Shown here: positions 11,546 to 23,610 of the stretch, piece by piece
Numbering within the stretch: position 1 is the stretch's first letter
How the letters are laid out: each line of letters opens with the position of its first letter
Assembly: GCF_009834535.1 (NCBI RefSeq)
Contig: NC_045697.1
Coordinates: 107,386,001-107,450,000, forward strand
Reading direction: 5' to 3'
DNA from: Camelus ferus
Lineage: Eukaryota
Length of the DNA stretch: 64,000 nucleotides
Notes under the pieces: generated by a model
Seen by the model: the letters and a program-made list of their open reading frames with translations, nothing else
What the model was told of the DNA's origin: nothing
Databases searched by the model: none
Translations under genes and position numbers: made by a program

Positions 11546-13140
11546 CTATTGGAAGATTAGATCAATGTTAAATCGGCTAGGTTTTGTCTTGGGGTTTGGG
11601 GGGGAAAGAGGGGAGTAGCTATTGTCCGTCAAATAAGTTCCTACAGGGACCCCACTATGAGCCACCCGCTTCCCCGCGGCCCGAGGAGCTGGGTTCTGAG
11701 CCAAGGCGGGTTCAAGAGGCCCGGGAACAGGTTCCCTCCTCCCCCACACTCTCGCAGGTTCCAAGCGCAGGGCACGCTCTCCTCACAGGTGCACGTAAAA
11801 GGAACTATCGCCAGGAAAGGAGGGGTTGCAGGGAAGCGGGGGGCCCCCAAGCTACCCTAGAGATAGAAAGTTCCTCCTCACCCAGACACTCCGGACTCGT
11901 CCTAGCCCCCCGCCCGGCAGCCGCGAGACGGAGGTGGCGGCGGAGATCCAGGGCAGGAAAGGGCGGGGGAAGGGTGCGGTGTTATTCTCAACGCTCGGCC
12001 CAGGGGGAGGAGTAGAGCACCTCCCAGGCACCTGAGGTCCGACGGGCAGAGAAGGGGAGGTGTGTGTGGCGGCCAGAGGGAGGGGAGGCCCTGAGGCAAC
12101 GGCGAGGAGAGGAGGGAGGAGAGAGAGGTCGGTGCACCTGGTCGTAGCCTTCAAGTTTCCCTAGTCCGCTCCCTGGGAGCCCGCGACTGCACAGAACTCC
12201 ACGGTCTCCTGGCCCGCCCCACGCCTGTGCTCAGCCTTTGCAAAAACAGCCGCTGAGGGTGCTGTGGACGCCGCAGCCGAGGCTGCTGCCGGTGGTGAGG
12301 ATGCTACTGCCACAGCTCGCCCCGCCACGGCTCGCGCGGCTGTCCCTGCGCCCACTACAGCTGCTCCCCGCCGCCATGACAGCGCCGAGGGCTGCCGGGC
12401 GAGGCGTGCGCGTGCGCGTGCGCGAGCGCGCGCGGCGGTGGGGCGGGCGGGCGCGAAGGCAGAGGCGAGCGCGCGGCGGGGAGGGGATGCGCGGGCGGCC
12501 GGAGGGGCGCCGGGCGCGGGCTTGCTGTTCCCACAGCTTGCGAGGACGGAAGGCCAAGCGGGCGTGCTGCACAGGTAGCACCAGGTGTACTCCTGGCTCG
12601 GCCAGGAAAGACTTATTTCCAGGAGCCGACTCTTCCCTCACCTCCCAGCCCCGGACCTGGGAATGTGCCTTGGCAAGTGGTGAGGCAGTGATTCTGACGC
12701 TCCTTCTGTTGTTAAGTAACCGTAGGGTCTCCTGGCGCGGAGGGAACCCGCCTCACGTTGCCAGGGTGTCTTCTTGGACTTGGACAAGGACACCTGAGGG
12801 ACCGCTACGAGCCCGAGAGGAAGCAGCGCCGGAGCCAACGAGGCTGCTTTCCGTGTCTAAAGGGAGCAAAGTCCCCACCCCTGACTGCTTTCAGCTGCTG
12901 CCAGCCCGCCGCGCTCGGCGAAGACTCGCAAAGAGATTTCCACCGGGATGCCCTGACAGCTGCCGCCTTCCATTCGGAAGTGGGTGTGGGGCGGGGAGAT
13001 CGTGTGGATTAGGAACAGGGAAGATTCCTTGCTTTGCAGCTGCCACCCCACCAAACCTCTCCCACATTCTAAGGAAGGGAGGATTCCTGAGACAGCTGCT
13101 CCAAACAGCGTGGAGGCGGGGTTAATTTCGCCTGTAGACC
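11340..13140. promoter_or_regulatory. CpG island / LRBA promoter
   Basis: Abrupt GC- and CpG-rich block in AT-rich surroundings; GC boxes (GGGGCGGGCGGG at ~12440), a (GCGCGT)n tract at ~12404-12433, no obvious TATA box. Confidence 0.92.
12138..12400 (-). other. LRBA: LRBA non-coding exon 1 (5' boundary/TSS approximate)
   Basis: Lies inside the CpG island and ends at the donor CGACCAG|GTGCAC (GT at 12137-12136). Joining it to exon 2 gives ...GACCAGGGTTTGGCG..., as I recall for the mammalian LRBA leader. Confidence 0.7.
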
Positions 13141-14792
13141 TCTGACGGGTGTTTTTCCTCTAGTGCTTTTCCAATGTGAGTCAGGTTCGCCTCATTCTCA
13201 GTAAGTTTAAGAGATCCGTTACATTAGGGTTGAAAGGAGCACAGATCATCATCTGTATCCTTCCCCTCCACTTCCACTATTAACAGTAAAGCATTCTTCC
13301 TGATGCATTAGTGAAACACAAACAAATATTATAAAGTGGCTTTTCGTCCCTACGGTGTTCTTTAAAGCCATAGGCCTTAAAAATACATAATGTTTAAAAT
13401 ACTTGCAGATAATAAGTTAGGAAGTACTATGGAGCCAGAAGAAAAACTATATTGGTTTCAGAGACGAAGTAGCTTCCTAGAGAAAGGGTTATTTGAGATG
13501 GGCTTGGAAAGTGAACTTAATTTTAACTATCACATGGAAATCTGGGAGGAGGGAGGCAACATGAGAAAAGACATGAAGCACAGGAGTGTCTTCTTGAGAA
13601 AAGTTTTAAAAGTTTACACCTTTATAAAATACGAAAATGGATTCAACTGTACCACATCTCATGGATGAAATTGTTTATTAAAGATTTGTTTCCTATAAGT
13701 GGTTTTAAATATTCCAAAGGTGAGGCAGACATTTTCTCATGATCTGAAATGATGACTTGTGCATAGCCAGGGTAGAGGCAGTATCAACGACTTGCCATTC
13801 CCAAAAATTTAAACACCTCAAGTTTGTATTTTAAATCCTGAAAGGAGTAAGCCTGGGATAAGGGGAAATGGGTGTGCCAGCAGGAGAGAGACAACTTTCA
13901 CTTCACCATTAACACATCTGGAGGGAAAAGGGGAGGCTTTAAACAATGAAAGGCTTCTCCTAGCATTTTGAGGCCTGGGATTTGGGCAAATAGTCTAACC
14001 TTGAGTATGTTGATATACCTGGCATATAAGTGCTCATAGATATTTGTTAAATAAATAAAGGTCCCCATTGAGAAGGAGTGGATGATGATAGAGAAATGCC
14101 CTAAACACAGTGTGGTCACAGTCAGTCAGTCTAAATGATCTAGGGCTAAGGTTTGTGTCTCCCGGATTTGCCAGCTTGCCGTTAATGCTATGCTGGTGAA
14201 ACAAAAGGAGACATAAGACAATTATCCAACTGTTGTTTTACAGTTTTACAGAATTATTCAACCTCCTGCTTTACCTTGTCTCTGGTTACAGTAAAACAAG
14301 TTGGCAAAAATCAGAGGTTCTCTGCAGAAGGAAGCATACGGGGACTTCAGTTCTAGTCAGGTCACAGTTAAAATACAATAGCTGTGGATTATTGTTTAAG
14401 GGTAAAGAATGCAACCATGGAACGCTTCAGGTGAACTATCTGCCCATCAACTATTACGCTCCTTTATGGCACAATACTTTGAACTTTGTAGCTACTCTAT
14501 ACGCATTATTTGGATTAAGTTAAAACTCTAAAGTTACTGAGTTTAATTTTCTGGCCTGAAAGCCCTTGCTTGAGCCTATGCCCTTGCTTGAGCCTATGCA
14601 ACTACTACCAGTTAAGGAGAGGTACAAATGGCTACTTCAATGTGGAAAGCAGTTCTACCAATTGTTAAAATTCCTTTATATTTTTGGTACTATTATGGAA
14701 GTTTCCTAGTCAAAAGCCTTTTATGAACTATCAGCACATGATTTTAAAGGACGGCCTTACTTGTATTCCTGTAGCATATACTCACCTGCAAT

Positions 14793-14817
14793 ACACACAC
14801 ACACACACACACACACA
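14793..14817. repeat. (AC)12 microsatellite
   Basis: Read directly from the sequence. Confidence 0.95.
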
Positions 14818-15474
14818 AAAGAAAGGAATAGGAAAGAATGGAAAAAAGACGACATTCCATAAAACTAGGCTCAGATTTTCCATCACCATCTAATTTGTAT
14901 CTCTCTCTGACATCACCATCTTGACAGAATTAAGGACTAAAGGTTTTTATAATTTTACTTGCCTTCAGCATACATTGAAATCATAGCAGAGAGAAAAAAA
15001 AAACTGGATTCAGAACAGGAAGCCTTCTGCATAACTCAGAAGAACTCAGGCAAAGAGAATGTAATTTCATGGTCAAATCAAGAAAATTATTGGTCTACAA
15101 GCTTTTACCTATATACAAAGAAAAGAAAAATTTGATAACAAAGATAGGATGAAATTTTTCTTGTTTCTGCCAGACACCACACCCAATTCACCAACTGTAA
15201 CTTCTTGACATCTTGCTAGGGTATAGATTAAGCAATAATTTAGGGAAAAGGTACTACCTGTATGATTTGCTATGCAGCTAGATGTGTATCCCTGGATTTG
15301 GATTTTTCTTCACACTGTTATTCAGTGTAGCTTATGATATCATCTATGCTGGAAATTCATGGCCTTGGCTTACAGCACCCTCCTCTTAAGAAAGTCAGAC
15401 ATTGCTTTTACTATTCATTAAATCTTACTAATGATAAGTTAAACTTCCAATCTTAGTAGCCTTTATTATTGACC

Positions 15475-15563
15475 TTTTTTTTCAAACGGAGCTACTGGGG
15501 ATTGAACCCAGGACCTCATGCATGCTAAGCATGTGATCCACCACTGAGCTATACCCACCCCCC
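15475..15563 (-). mobile_element. tRNA-derived SINE (Vic-1-like), short-tail form
   Basis: Reverse complement of the SINE head: ctggggattgaacccaggacctcatgcatgctaagcatg...ctgagctataccc. Confidence 0.88.
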
Positions 15564-16339
15564 ATTAATGATAATTTTATTGGACATTAGACTCTGGGAA
15601 CAATTACAATTTAAGAGGAAGAGGCATTGCCGACTCTTATAGTTGGAAACTCCAAAATTTAAGATTAAAACTTCATGCAATTGTTCAATAGCTAGAAGTT
15701 CAAAATAATCCACATCAACTGAATTATGTTTGAGGCATTTTTAAATTATTTTTCCCTTGTGTATATCACACAAAGGGATAGAGACTTTGAAAAGGGCAAC
15801 TCTACTTTCAGGATGTATGCTAGCCAAGACATACTTTTTTAAGACATAAAATATTAAGGAAGCATTTAGTTTAGTTGACATGGACATATACTGGATTGGT
15901 TGATTTGTCTTTCCTATTTTCCCATCTCTATTTCATTCTTAAGTAATGTGCAAATACATAGTCCATTTGCAGTGTTCTTTTAAAATAGTAAAATAATAAG
16001 TCATGAGACTGCAATGAAATGTACCACCTCCCCACTCCCCGCTTTGCAGTCTATATAAGTGCACATCCCTAGAATGACTATTAGCATTGTCAGCTCAGTT
16101 CTGAATTGCTTGTCCAGGTGAGGTCTCTGAGAGGCCAGTGTGTCCCCTGAAAATGGTAGGATGCCATTTCAGTCATGAAGATAGAAGTGGGCATTCACAT
16201 AGGAAATTAGACACCAGGAGATTGACTTCAAGCAGATGGGAGAGGAAATTACTTTTTCTAGCCCTCACTCTCTGGAGTTTGAACCTTGAATTGCTTGCTA
16301 ATACTCCAAGAGGAGAAACCTGACTTCTGTCACGTGGAA

Positions 16340-16654
16340 GCACGCTTATAGCATTTCTTCTTGGAAGCCAGGTCGTTGTGTGGAGAACAATCAAGGCCCT
16401 TCAGTCAACAGCCACAGCTGAGTTCCCAGTTGACAAGCAGTACCAATTGCCTCCATGAGAGTGAGCCACCTTGGGTATTCCAGCTGGGTTGAGCCTTCAG
16501 ATGAACTACAGCCCTCCCTGCCACATGGTATAGAGTTGCACTGTTGGGTGCAGGTAACCCACACAGCAACTGTAAGAGGTAATAAACACTTGTTGATTTA
16601 AGCCATGAATTTTGGGATTGTATGTTATATAGCAATAGATAGAAAACTAAAACA
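16340..16654 (+). mobile_element. MaLR LTR (MLT1H/G-like)
   Basis: gagtgagccaccttgg...gagccttcagatgaactacagccc...tttaagccatgaattttggga...tatagcaatagat..aaca end. Confidence 0.7.
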
Positions 16655-17282
16655 TCAGGAAAAACAGGTTGCTTTGGATTACTCTCCCTAATCATATTGC
16701 TTTTGTTTCTCCAGAGTATAAGCTTTAAAAAATATTCCAGCCAGGTCACAGCTGTACTGTAATTTAGAGTCCCCATAATTTGGGCCTGTATGTTAAAGAG
16801 GGTGGTGGAAGTGTATTTAGCCAGAGATGCACAAGAAAAGAGGGATTTTGTGTGCTCACATTTGGGATTACAAAGTTCACAAGAAATTTTCCAGGGAGAT
16901 TTTTCTCTTTGATGCTGAGAAGACTTAGGTTTAATTTTATTAAAGAAAGCACCCTTTTCCTTACAGACACTCCAAATTATTTTCTCTGCTAAGAAACGTA
17001 CAGCCACCAAGGGTAAGCAAACCTATGTTAAAAATACAGGAATAAAATGTTCAACTCCATTAATAATCAAAGAAATGTAAACTAAAATTTTAAAAAAGTC
17101 AAAGAAATGTAAATTAAAATAGTATTGAGATATCCTTTTTTACCTCTCTCATTGCAAAGATTTACAGTAACTAGTGTTGGCAAGGGGGAAATGTACACTC
17201 TTATTTACTGCAAATATATAACATCTCTGAGAAGCAGTTTAGCAATATACTGCTCTTCCATACTGAAGAATGTATCCGAAGC

Positions 17283-17437
17283 TGGGGAGGGTATAACTCA
17301 GTAGGGTGAGTGCTTAGTATGCACAAGGTTCTAGGTTCAATCCCCAGTACCTCCGATTAAAAATAAATAAATAAATAAATAAACAAACAAACAAACAAAC
17401 CTAATTACCTCCTCCCACCAAAAAAAAAAAAAAAAAA
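17283..17437 (+). mobile_element. tRNA-derived SINE (Vic-1-like) inside an old L1 fragment (~17030-17670)
   Basis: SINE head + (AAAT/AAAC)n + cctaattacctcctccc + polyA; diverged TSD aagaatgtatccgaagc / aagactgtatcataagc. Confidence 0.88.
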
Positions 17438-18934
17438 AGACTGTATCATAAGCATCACCAGGTAGCTCAGAGGCAGAGTTAAAATTGTGTTCATTTTAGT
17501 ATTATTTATAATTTCCGAATCTTAGACAATTTACATGTCTAACACATACCCAAAAAAAGAGTTGGTTAGATAAACCATGGTTCTTCCATGCAGTGGGATT
17601 CTTCGAAGCCATTAAAAATGGCATTGGAGATAAATAGTTGATAGGCATACAAAATTTTCGTGATATAGTCAGTCAAGGGACTCTTTACCTTTTTGAATCA
17701 TGTACCAATGATGATGTACCAAATAGGACCAAAAAATATTTAAAGCAAGAGGAAATTCACTCGTTAATTCAAATCATCCCAAAAATATTTATTGAGTGTT
17801 CCTATGTAGTAAGCACTGCATTAGACATTTGGGTTAGAAGAGAAAAACCTAGTCCCTGCCTTGAGTACTCACAGTCTAGTCACTGAGACAGACATCACAA
17901 AGCAGTATATTAAGCCTATGAAAACCTAGTAGATTTCCAAGAAAAGGTGATACTAGAGCTGAGTATTAAAGAATAAATAGGAACAAGCCAAATGGAAAAG
18001 TCAGGGAAGGTAATTCCATGATATGAACACTCTCCAGAATGGCTGGACATTTTAATCTTAGAAGACAACTGAATCCAACTGTCAATCTTAAATAATTAGA
18101 TTTTTCTTCTGGATACAGCTATAGAGCAGTAAACAAACAAACAAACAAAAAGGTTGCTCTGGTAATACATATTGAAAAGCATATCCTACCACATCCTTTT
18201 GGATCATACCCTCTTTACAGATACGCTTTGCTTTATAAATGAGGAACCTAAGTGTGAGTAACTCTCATCCCATGAAGTTAAATAGTATTGTGAGTGTTTA
18301 AAGTGTCATTATTTTTTTTATTAGCCCTGCACAAAGAGGGAAATGGAATTGAATTTGTTCTTACACAGCAGGCTGCAGAAGGGAAAATGAATACATCATG
18401 ATCCATTCTTGGTTTTATTATGAATGAAAATTATGTTAGCTTATCATAACCAAGACAGCATGCCTAAATTATAATTGTTTCAAGCAAATGATGAGTCTGG
18501 GACAGCAGGTAGACTGTTAATAGGAATCTGAACAGAGATGCAGCTACAGAGGCAGAAGTAAACCAAGCTAAGGACTGAATTCTTGCTTTCAGGGGATTTC
18601 AAACGATAAAGTGATAGGATTTCACTAGCCTGTTAAGAAAATCACTAGCAGCTACCCAACCCCAGTACATATTTGGGTGGCATCAACCATAGTATAGTAT
18701 TGGTGGATTGCAGTGTTTATATTACTTTACAATAATTTACATTTATAAAGGTGCACAATTATGCGGGATAATGAGATGATTAACATATTCATTGCTCAAT
18801 TTTAGGCCTTTTCCTAGGAATGTTGAGACGCTGAAGATAAAGTAAAAATGTCTTACATTATCTCGCCATAGATAGATACCACACTGTTTTTGTGGAGCTT
18901 GGAAGTTTATAAGCATTATGTAGCTGTCAACCAC

Positions 18935-20067
18935 CAGGAAAATGCAAATTGAAACCACAATGAGATACCACCTCACACTTATTGAAATGGCTGTCATCAA
19001 GAAGACAAGAGATAACAAGTGCTGGCAAGGGTGTGGAAAAGAAGGGATCCCTGTACACAGTTGGTGGGATGTAAACTGGTTCAGCCACTACAGAAAACAG
19101 CATAAGGGTTCCTCAATAAATTTAAAAATAGAACTATCATATGATCCAGCAATTCCACTTCTGAATATATATCCAAAGGAAAGGAAAACAAGATATCAAA
19201 AATATATCTGCACTCTTATATTTATGGCAGCATTATTCACAACGACCACGATATGGAAAACAACCTTGGTGTCTGTCAATGAATGAATGGATGAAGATGT
19301 GGTATACTTATATAATGGGATGCTCAACCATGAGAAAGGAAATCCTGCCATTTGTGATAACATGCATGGACCGTATGGCATTATGCTAAGTGCAGTAAGT
19401 CAGACAGAGAAAGACACACACTGTATTATATTACTTATATGTTGAATGTAAAAAAGTGAAACTCGTGAAAACAGAGAGTAGAATGTTGATTACCAAAGAC
19501 TGGGGAGTGGGAGAATTAGGGAGGTGTTTGAGGGTACAAACCTGCAACTAATTGATAAATAAGTCCTAGAGATCCAATGCACAGCATAGTTATTAACTGC
19601 TAAGAGACTAGATCTTTTTTTTTAAATTGAAGTACAGTAAGTTACAATGTGTCAATTTCTGGTTTACAGCACAATGTCCCAGTCATGCATAGGCAAACAC
19701 ATATTCGTTTTCATATTCTTTTTCATTAAAGGTTATTACAACATATTGAATATAGTTCCCTATAGAAGAAACTTGATTTTTTGATCTATTTTTATATATA
19801 GTGGCTAATACTTGCAAATCTCAAACTCCCAAATTTATCCCTTCCCACCTCCTTTCCCTGATAACCTTAAGATTATTTACCGTGTTTAAGACTAGACCTT
19901 CATTGTTCCCAACACAAAAAAGAAATGATAATTATGTGATAGAGGTGTTAGCTAATGCTATGGTGGTAATCATACTGCAATATGTAAATTATCAAATTAA
20001 CATGTTGCACACCTTAAACTTACACAATCTTATATATCAATTATATCTCATTAAAAAATAAATAAAA
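18935..20067 (+). mobile_element. L1 3' portion (L1MA/MB-like) interrupted by a younger antisense L1 3' end at ~19617-19887
   Basis: The ORF at 18942 ([12 protein letters not shown]...CWQGCG) is the L1 ORF2 C-terminus; the nested element is flanked by agactagatctt / agactagacctt. Confidence 0.88.
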
Positions 20068-20351
20068 GCTTCCTGAAGAAGGGAATGCCTTGAGTCTAGA
20101 AGGACAAAGAAGAGTGTGACTTGAGAGAAGGAGAAAAAGGTGCTCAAGCCAAGACAGCACAGTGTGTCAAGACCTAAAGGTGAGAAACAGCATGGGTTCC
20201 AGGGCCTGTGGGACCACACAGGGGAGATGTCCTGTGAATAGCTGCACCTAGAATTGGAGGTAGCAATGTGGCATCATCCACCAGAATGAGCAAGATCATC
20301 AGGAAGAGTGTGTAAAATCTGAAGAGGAAAACAACTATAGACTATGGGGCT

Positions 20352-20788
20352 TGCGGTAGCAGCAGAATGCCCTGTAAAGATGTCCACATCCGAATCCCCG
20401 GAACCATGTTAATGTATTAAGTCACATGGGAAAAGGACTTTACCGATGATTAGATTAAAGATCTTGAGATGGGAGATTATCCTGCAGTAAACAGGTGAGT
20501 TCAGTGTCATAACAAAGGTCCCTAGAAGTGAAAGAGGGAGACAGAAAAGGATAGAGTCAGGGAGAGTTTTGAAGATGCTACACTGATGCTTTTGAAGATA
20601 GAGGAAGAGGCCACAGGCCAAGGAATTCAGGCAACCTCTAGAAGCTGGAAAATGTAGCAAAACAGATTTTCACCTGTAGTCTCCAGAACGAATGCAGCCC
20701 TGCCAATACTTTGATTTTAGCCCAGTGAAACCCATTTTGGAATTCTGACCTTTAGAACTATAAATTTGCATTGTTTTAAATCACTAAG
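20352..20788 (+). mobile_element. MaLR LTR (MLT1C/D-like)
   Basis: aaagatgtccacatcc.aatccccggaacc...cttgagatgggagattatcctg...ctctagaagctggaaaa...gattttagcccagtgaaaccc. Confidence 0.85.
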
Positions 20789-20967
20789 AAGAAAGAAAGA
20801 AGGAAAGAAATAAAGAAAGGGAGAGAGGAGGGAGTGGGGGGAGGGAAGAAGGAAAGGAGGAAGGCAGGCAGGCAGGCAGGGAAAGAAAAATATATTGCCA
20901 CCTTTTTCATACATGCAGCTAGCCTCAAACATTAAAAATGACATCTTGGAGCTATAATTGCCTAATT

Positions 20968-21110
20968 CTGTGGGTCTTAACATTGGCCATTCTCTAGAAT
21001 CACCTGGAATCTTTCCAATGCCCAGGCCAATTAAATCAGAATCTTGAGTACGACCTAGGCATCAATATTTTTTAAAGCTTCCCTGGTAGGGCCAAGGTTT
21101 ACAAACACCA
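20968..21110. mobile_element. MER5-like hAT-Charlie MITE
   Basis: tagaatcacctgga...gcccaggccaattaaatcagaatc...tttttaaagcttccc. Confidence 0.65.
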
Positions 21111-22199
21111 AACTAATTTTTATTTAATTTCATAATACTCCTTTGATGACATATGCATAAGTTTAATGTTAATTAAAAATAACCTGTATAAAGATTTCAA
21201 GGTCACTCAGAGTATAGGAAACAAGCTACAATGTCCCTAAATCTAGACAGTTTGGACTATATATTTCTATTCCAAAAGCAACAGTCTTTTAAATCAGAAG
21301 GGAGAAGAATCTAGAGTTCTGTGTAAAAACAGACAATTGCTAGATTTCATGTTAAAGACAAGACAGAAATAGTGTCAACTTCAAAATAGTTTATTTCGAA
21401 AGCAAAATGTGGTAAGAAGTTAGCATTTAGGAAAATGTACTTTAATTTCCAGGATCTAAACAAGAGTACTGAAAGTTCTGTGATCAACGGCTATAGAAGA
21501 AATAACTGGGGAAAATTATTTTACTTTGTACAGTAAAATTAGAAAGTCTCTATTCCTCTGCTAAATCCAATTTCTTTTAATGGGAAGTTGTTAGACAGTT
21601 TAACATTTACGTCTTTAAGCTTTAGGGAAAAAAATGTATTTTGCTTATGTCATTTTAAGCAGTTAAGAAAAATCTCACACAGAAAGTAACACAAAGCAGT
21701 AGTGAGCTAGTTCTAGTTCCATGAGTCATAGTTGTAGAAGCTCAGAAGGCAAAAAAAAAAAAAAAAAAAAAACTGAACTGAGTTCTTGGAAAAATGAGGT
21801 AAGATGAACTTAAGCGAAAACAAGTTTGGTAAGCCACCCCCAGGCTATAATACACATTTATGTCAGCCTTCTGTTTTGTTCTTTACAGATGGATGAGAAT
21901 TAAGAATAGAATATAATTTTCCTTTTTTTCAGTGCTCTCTCAACCATTGTTAAGCAAGGTGGTAGAGTACAAAGTGAGCAGAACAACCGAGCAAATACAT
22001 TTTGTTGGTTTTTTCTTATGTTCCCAAATATTTGACTGCTAAGAAACCAAAGTGAATTCACTATTTTTTAGTACTAGTACATTAATTCTGAATTGTGATA
22101 ATTCAGTCAAGCTAGGTAAATCTTACCTTTTCAATAGGAAGAATGAAAGAAGACCAGAGCCACGTCTTCTGAGTTTTCAATTCCAAATCCAGAGATTTG

Positions 22200-22760
22200 C
22201 ATGACTGGCTGTGCGTGAAGAATGTACAGTGGCCAGGCAAGAGTGAAAGCAAAGAGACTACTTAGGGTAACACTTAAGTAGCCTAAGCAGGATGGAGGCT
22301 GAAAGGGGAAAGAAAAAGAATCAAGATATGGTTTAAAAATAGAACCGGCAGGATTTGCTGATGCACTGGACGCGTGTGGGTGCAGATGAGGAAGAGCCAG
22401 CAGCAAAAGATGGCCTGCATTTTGACTTGTGCAATTGGTCAATGTGCTATTGACTGAGGTGGAGGTGACTGGAGTTGGGCTTGGGGAACAGCTGGCAGTG
22501 AAATCAAGGATTTGCTTGGCTCACTTGTTACTAGTGTGGCTCCTGAAGGTATTTTGGTATTTTGTTTTTGTTTTTTTTCCCCTCTGAGTAGATGGTGAAG
22601 AGGAGACCCAAGGCCAAAGCTGGGGCTCTTTGAAATGAAAAAGGGAGCTGAAGCAAAGGAGATTGAGAAAGGGGAGGTCAATAAGGTAGACGGAAAATAG
22701 GAGTCATGGAAGCCAAGGGAGGAAAGCAATTCAAGAAGGAGGAAAATGATCAAATATGAT
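22200..22760 (-). mobile_element. L2 fragment
   Basis: tagaaccggcaggatttgctgatgcactgga...gagtcatggaagccaaggga antisense L2 pattern. Confidence 0.65.
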
Positions 22761-23389
22761 TGTGCTTACTCATGACCCTGGTTAATATGATATTAGCTAA
22801 TGGAAAATTATGAGACATATCTGCACTGATGGCTGCACCTGTGAAAGAATGTGCATTTGTGTCACAGCTACTTTCAAATGTTCAATTCTCCCCACCCTTC
22901 TTCCCCACAAAATTTCGTTATCTGTCACAAAATTGATGGTAGTACATTTATTATTCCTCTTACTATATTCTTTCTTCTACTTTAAATAACATTGAAGGGT
23001 CTTACATACTTTAAAAAGTTATACAAGCTAACTGAAGAAAGTTTGGAAAATGTAGAAAAGTTCAAAAATGAAAAAAAAATTATACCCATAATTATAATAC
23101 ACATACATCTCTGACACTTGGTGTGTGTATTATTCACAGAAATAGATGTGTAGTACAAAATTGAGATCAGGCGAAACGTACTTCTTACAGCCTGTTTATT
23201 TTTTCACTTAGATATAATATATATCATTAACATTTTCCATGTCACTCGTCTTTTAAATGTGACATTAAAAATAACTATTTATTGTTATGTTGTTGATTAG
23301 CCCATACTTTAACCAGGCTTCTACTATTTACATTCAAGTTGTTTCTAATGTTTTGCTATTATGAACCCTGTAAAACTCTTCTCTAGTTA

Positions 23390-23610
23390 AGTGCACAGGC
23401 TTTGACACTGAACACATTTGGTTTAAACTCTAGTTCCATAACTTACTGGCTATGTGCTCTTGAGAAATTATGGAACAAATTATTGAAGTTTCAGTTTCCT
23501 TATCTATAAAAGGACTATAATAATACTTCCCATTGTAAGGATTACAGATAAAGTACTTAACACAGTACCCCAAAAGCAATGAGTGCTCAATAAATGTAAG
23601 CCATTATAAC
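23390..23610 (+). mobile_element. MIR
   Basis: tttcagtttccttatctataaaa...gtaaggatta...gtacttaacacagtac...gtgctcaataaatg. Confidence 0.75.

Noticed and set aside
11436..13054. Many overlapping Arg/Pro/Gly/Ala-rich ORFs on both strands
   Set aside because: Expected from stop-codon scarcity in a CpG island; only the ATG-initiated ones with good context are kept as findings.
16405..17010. 201-aa minus-strand ORF
   Set aside because: Non-ATG start, runs antisense through an MLT1 LTR, no recognisable domain or splice structure.
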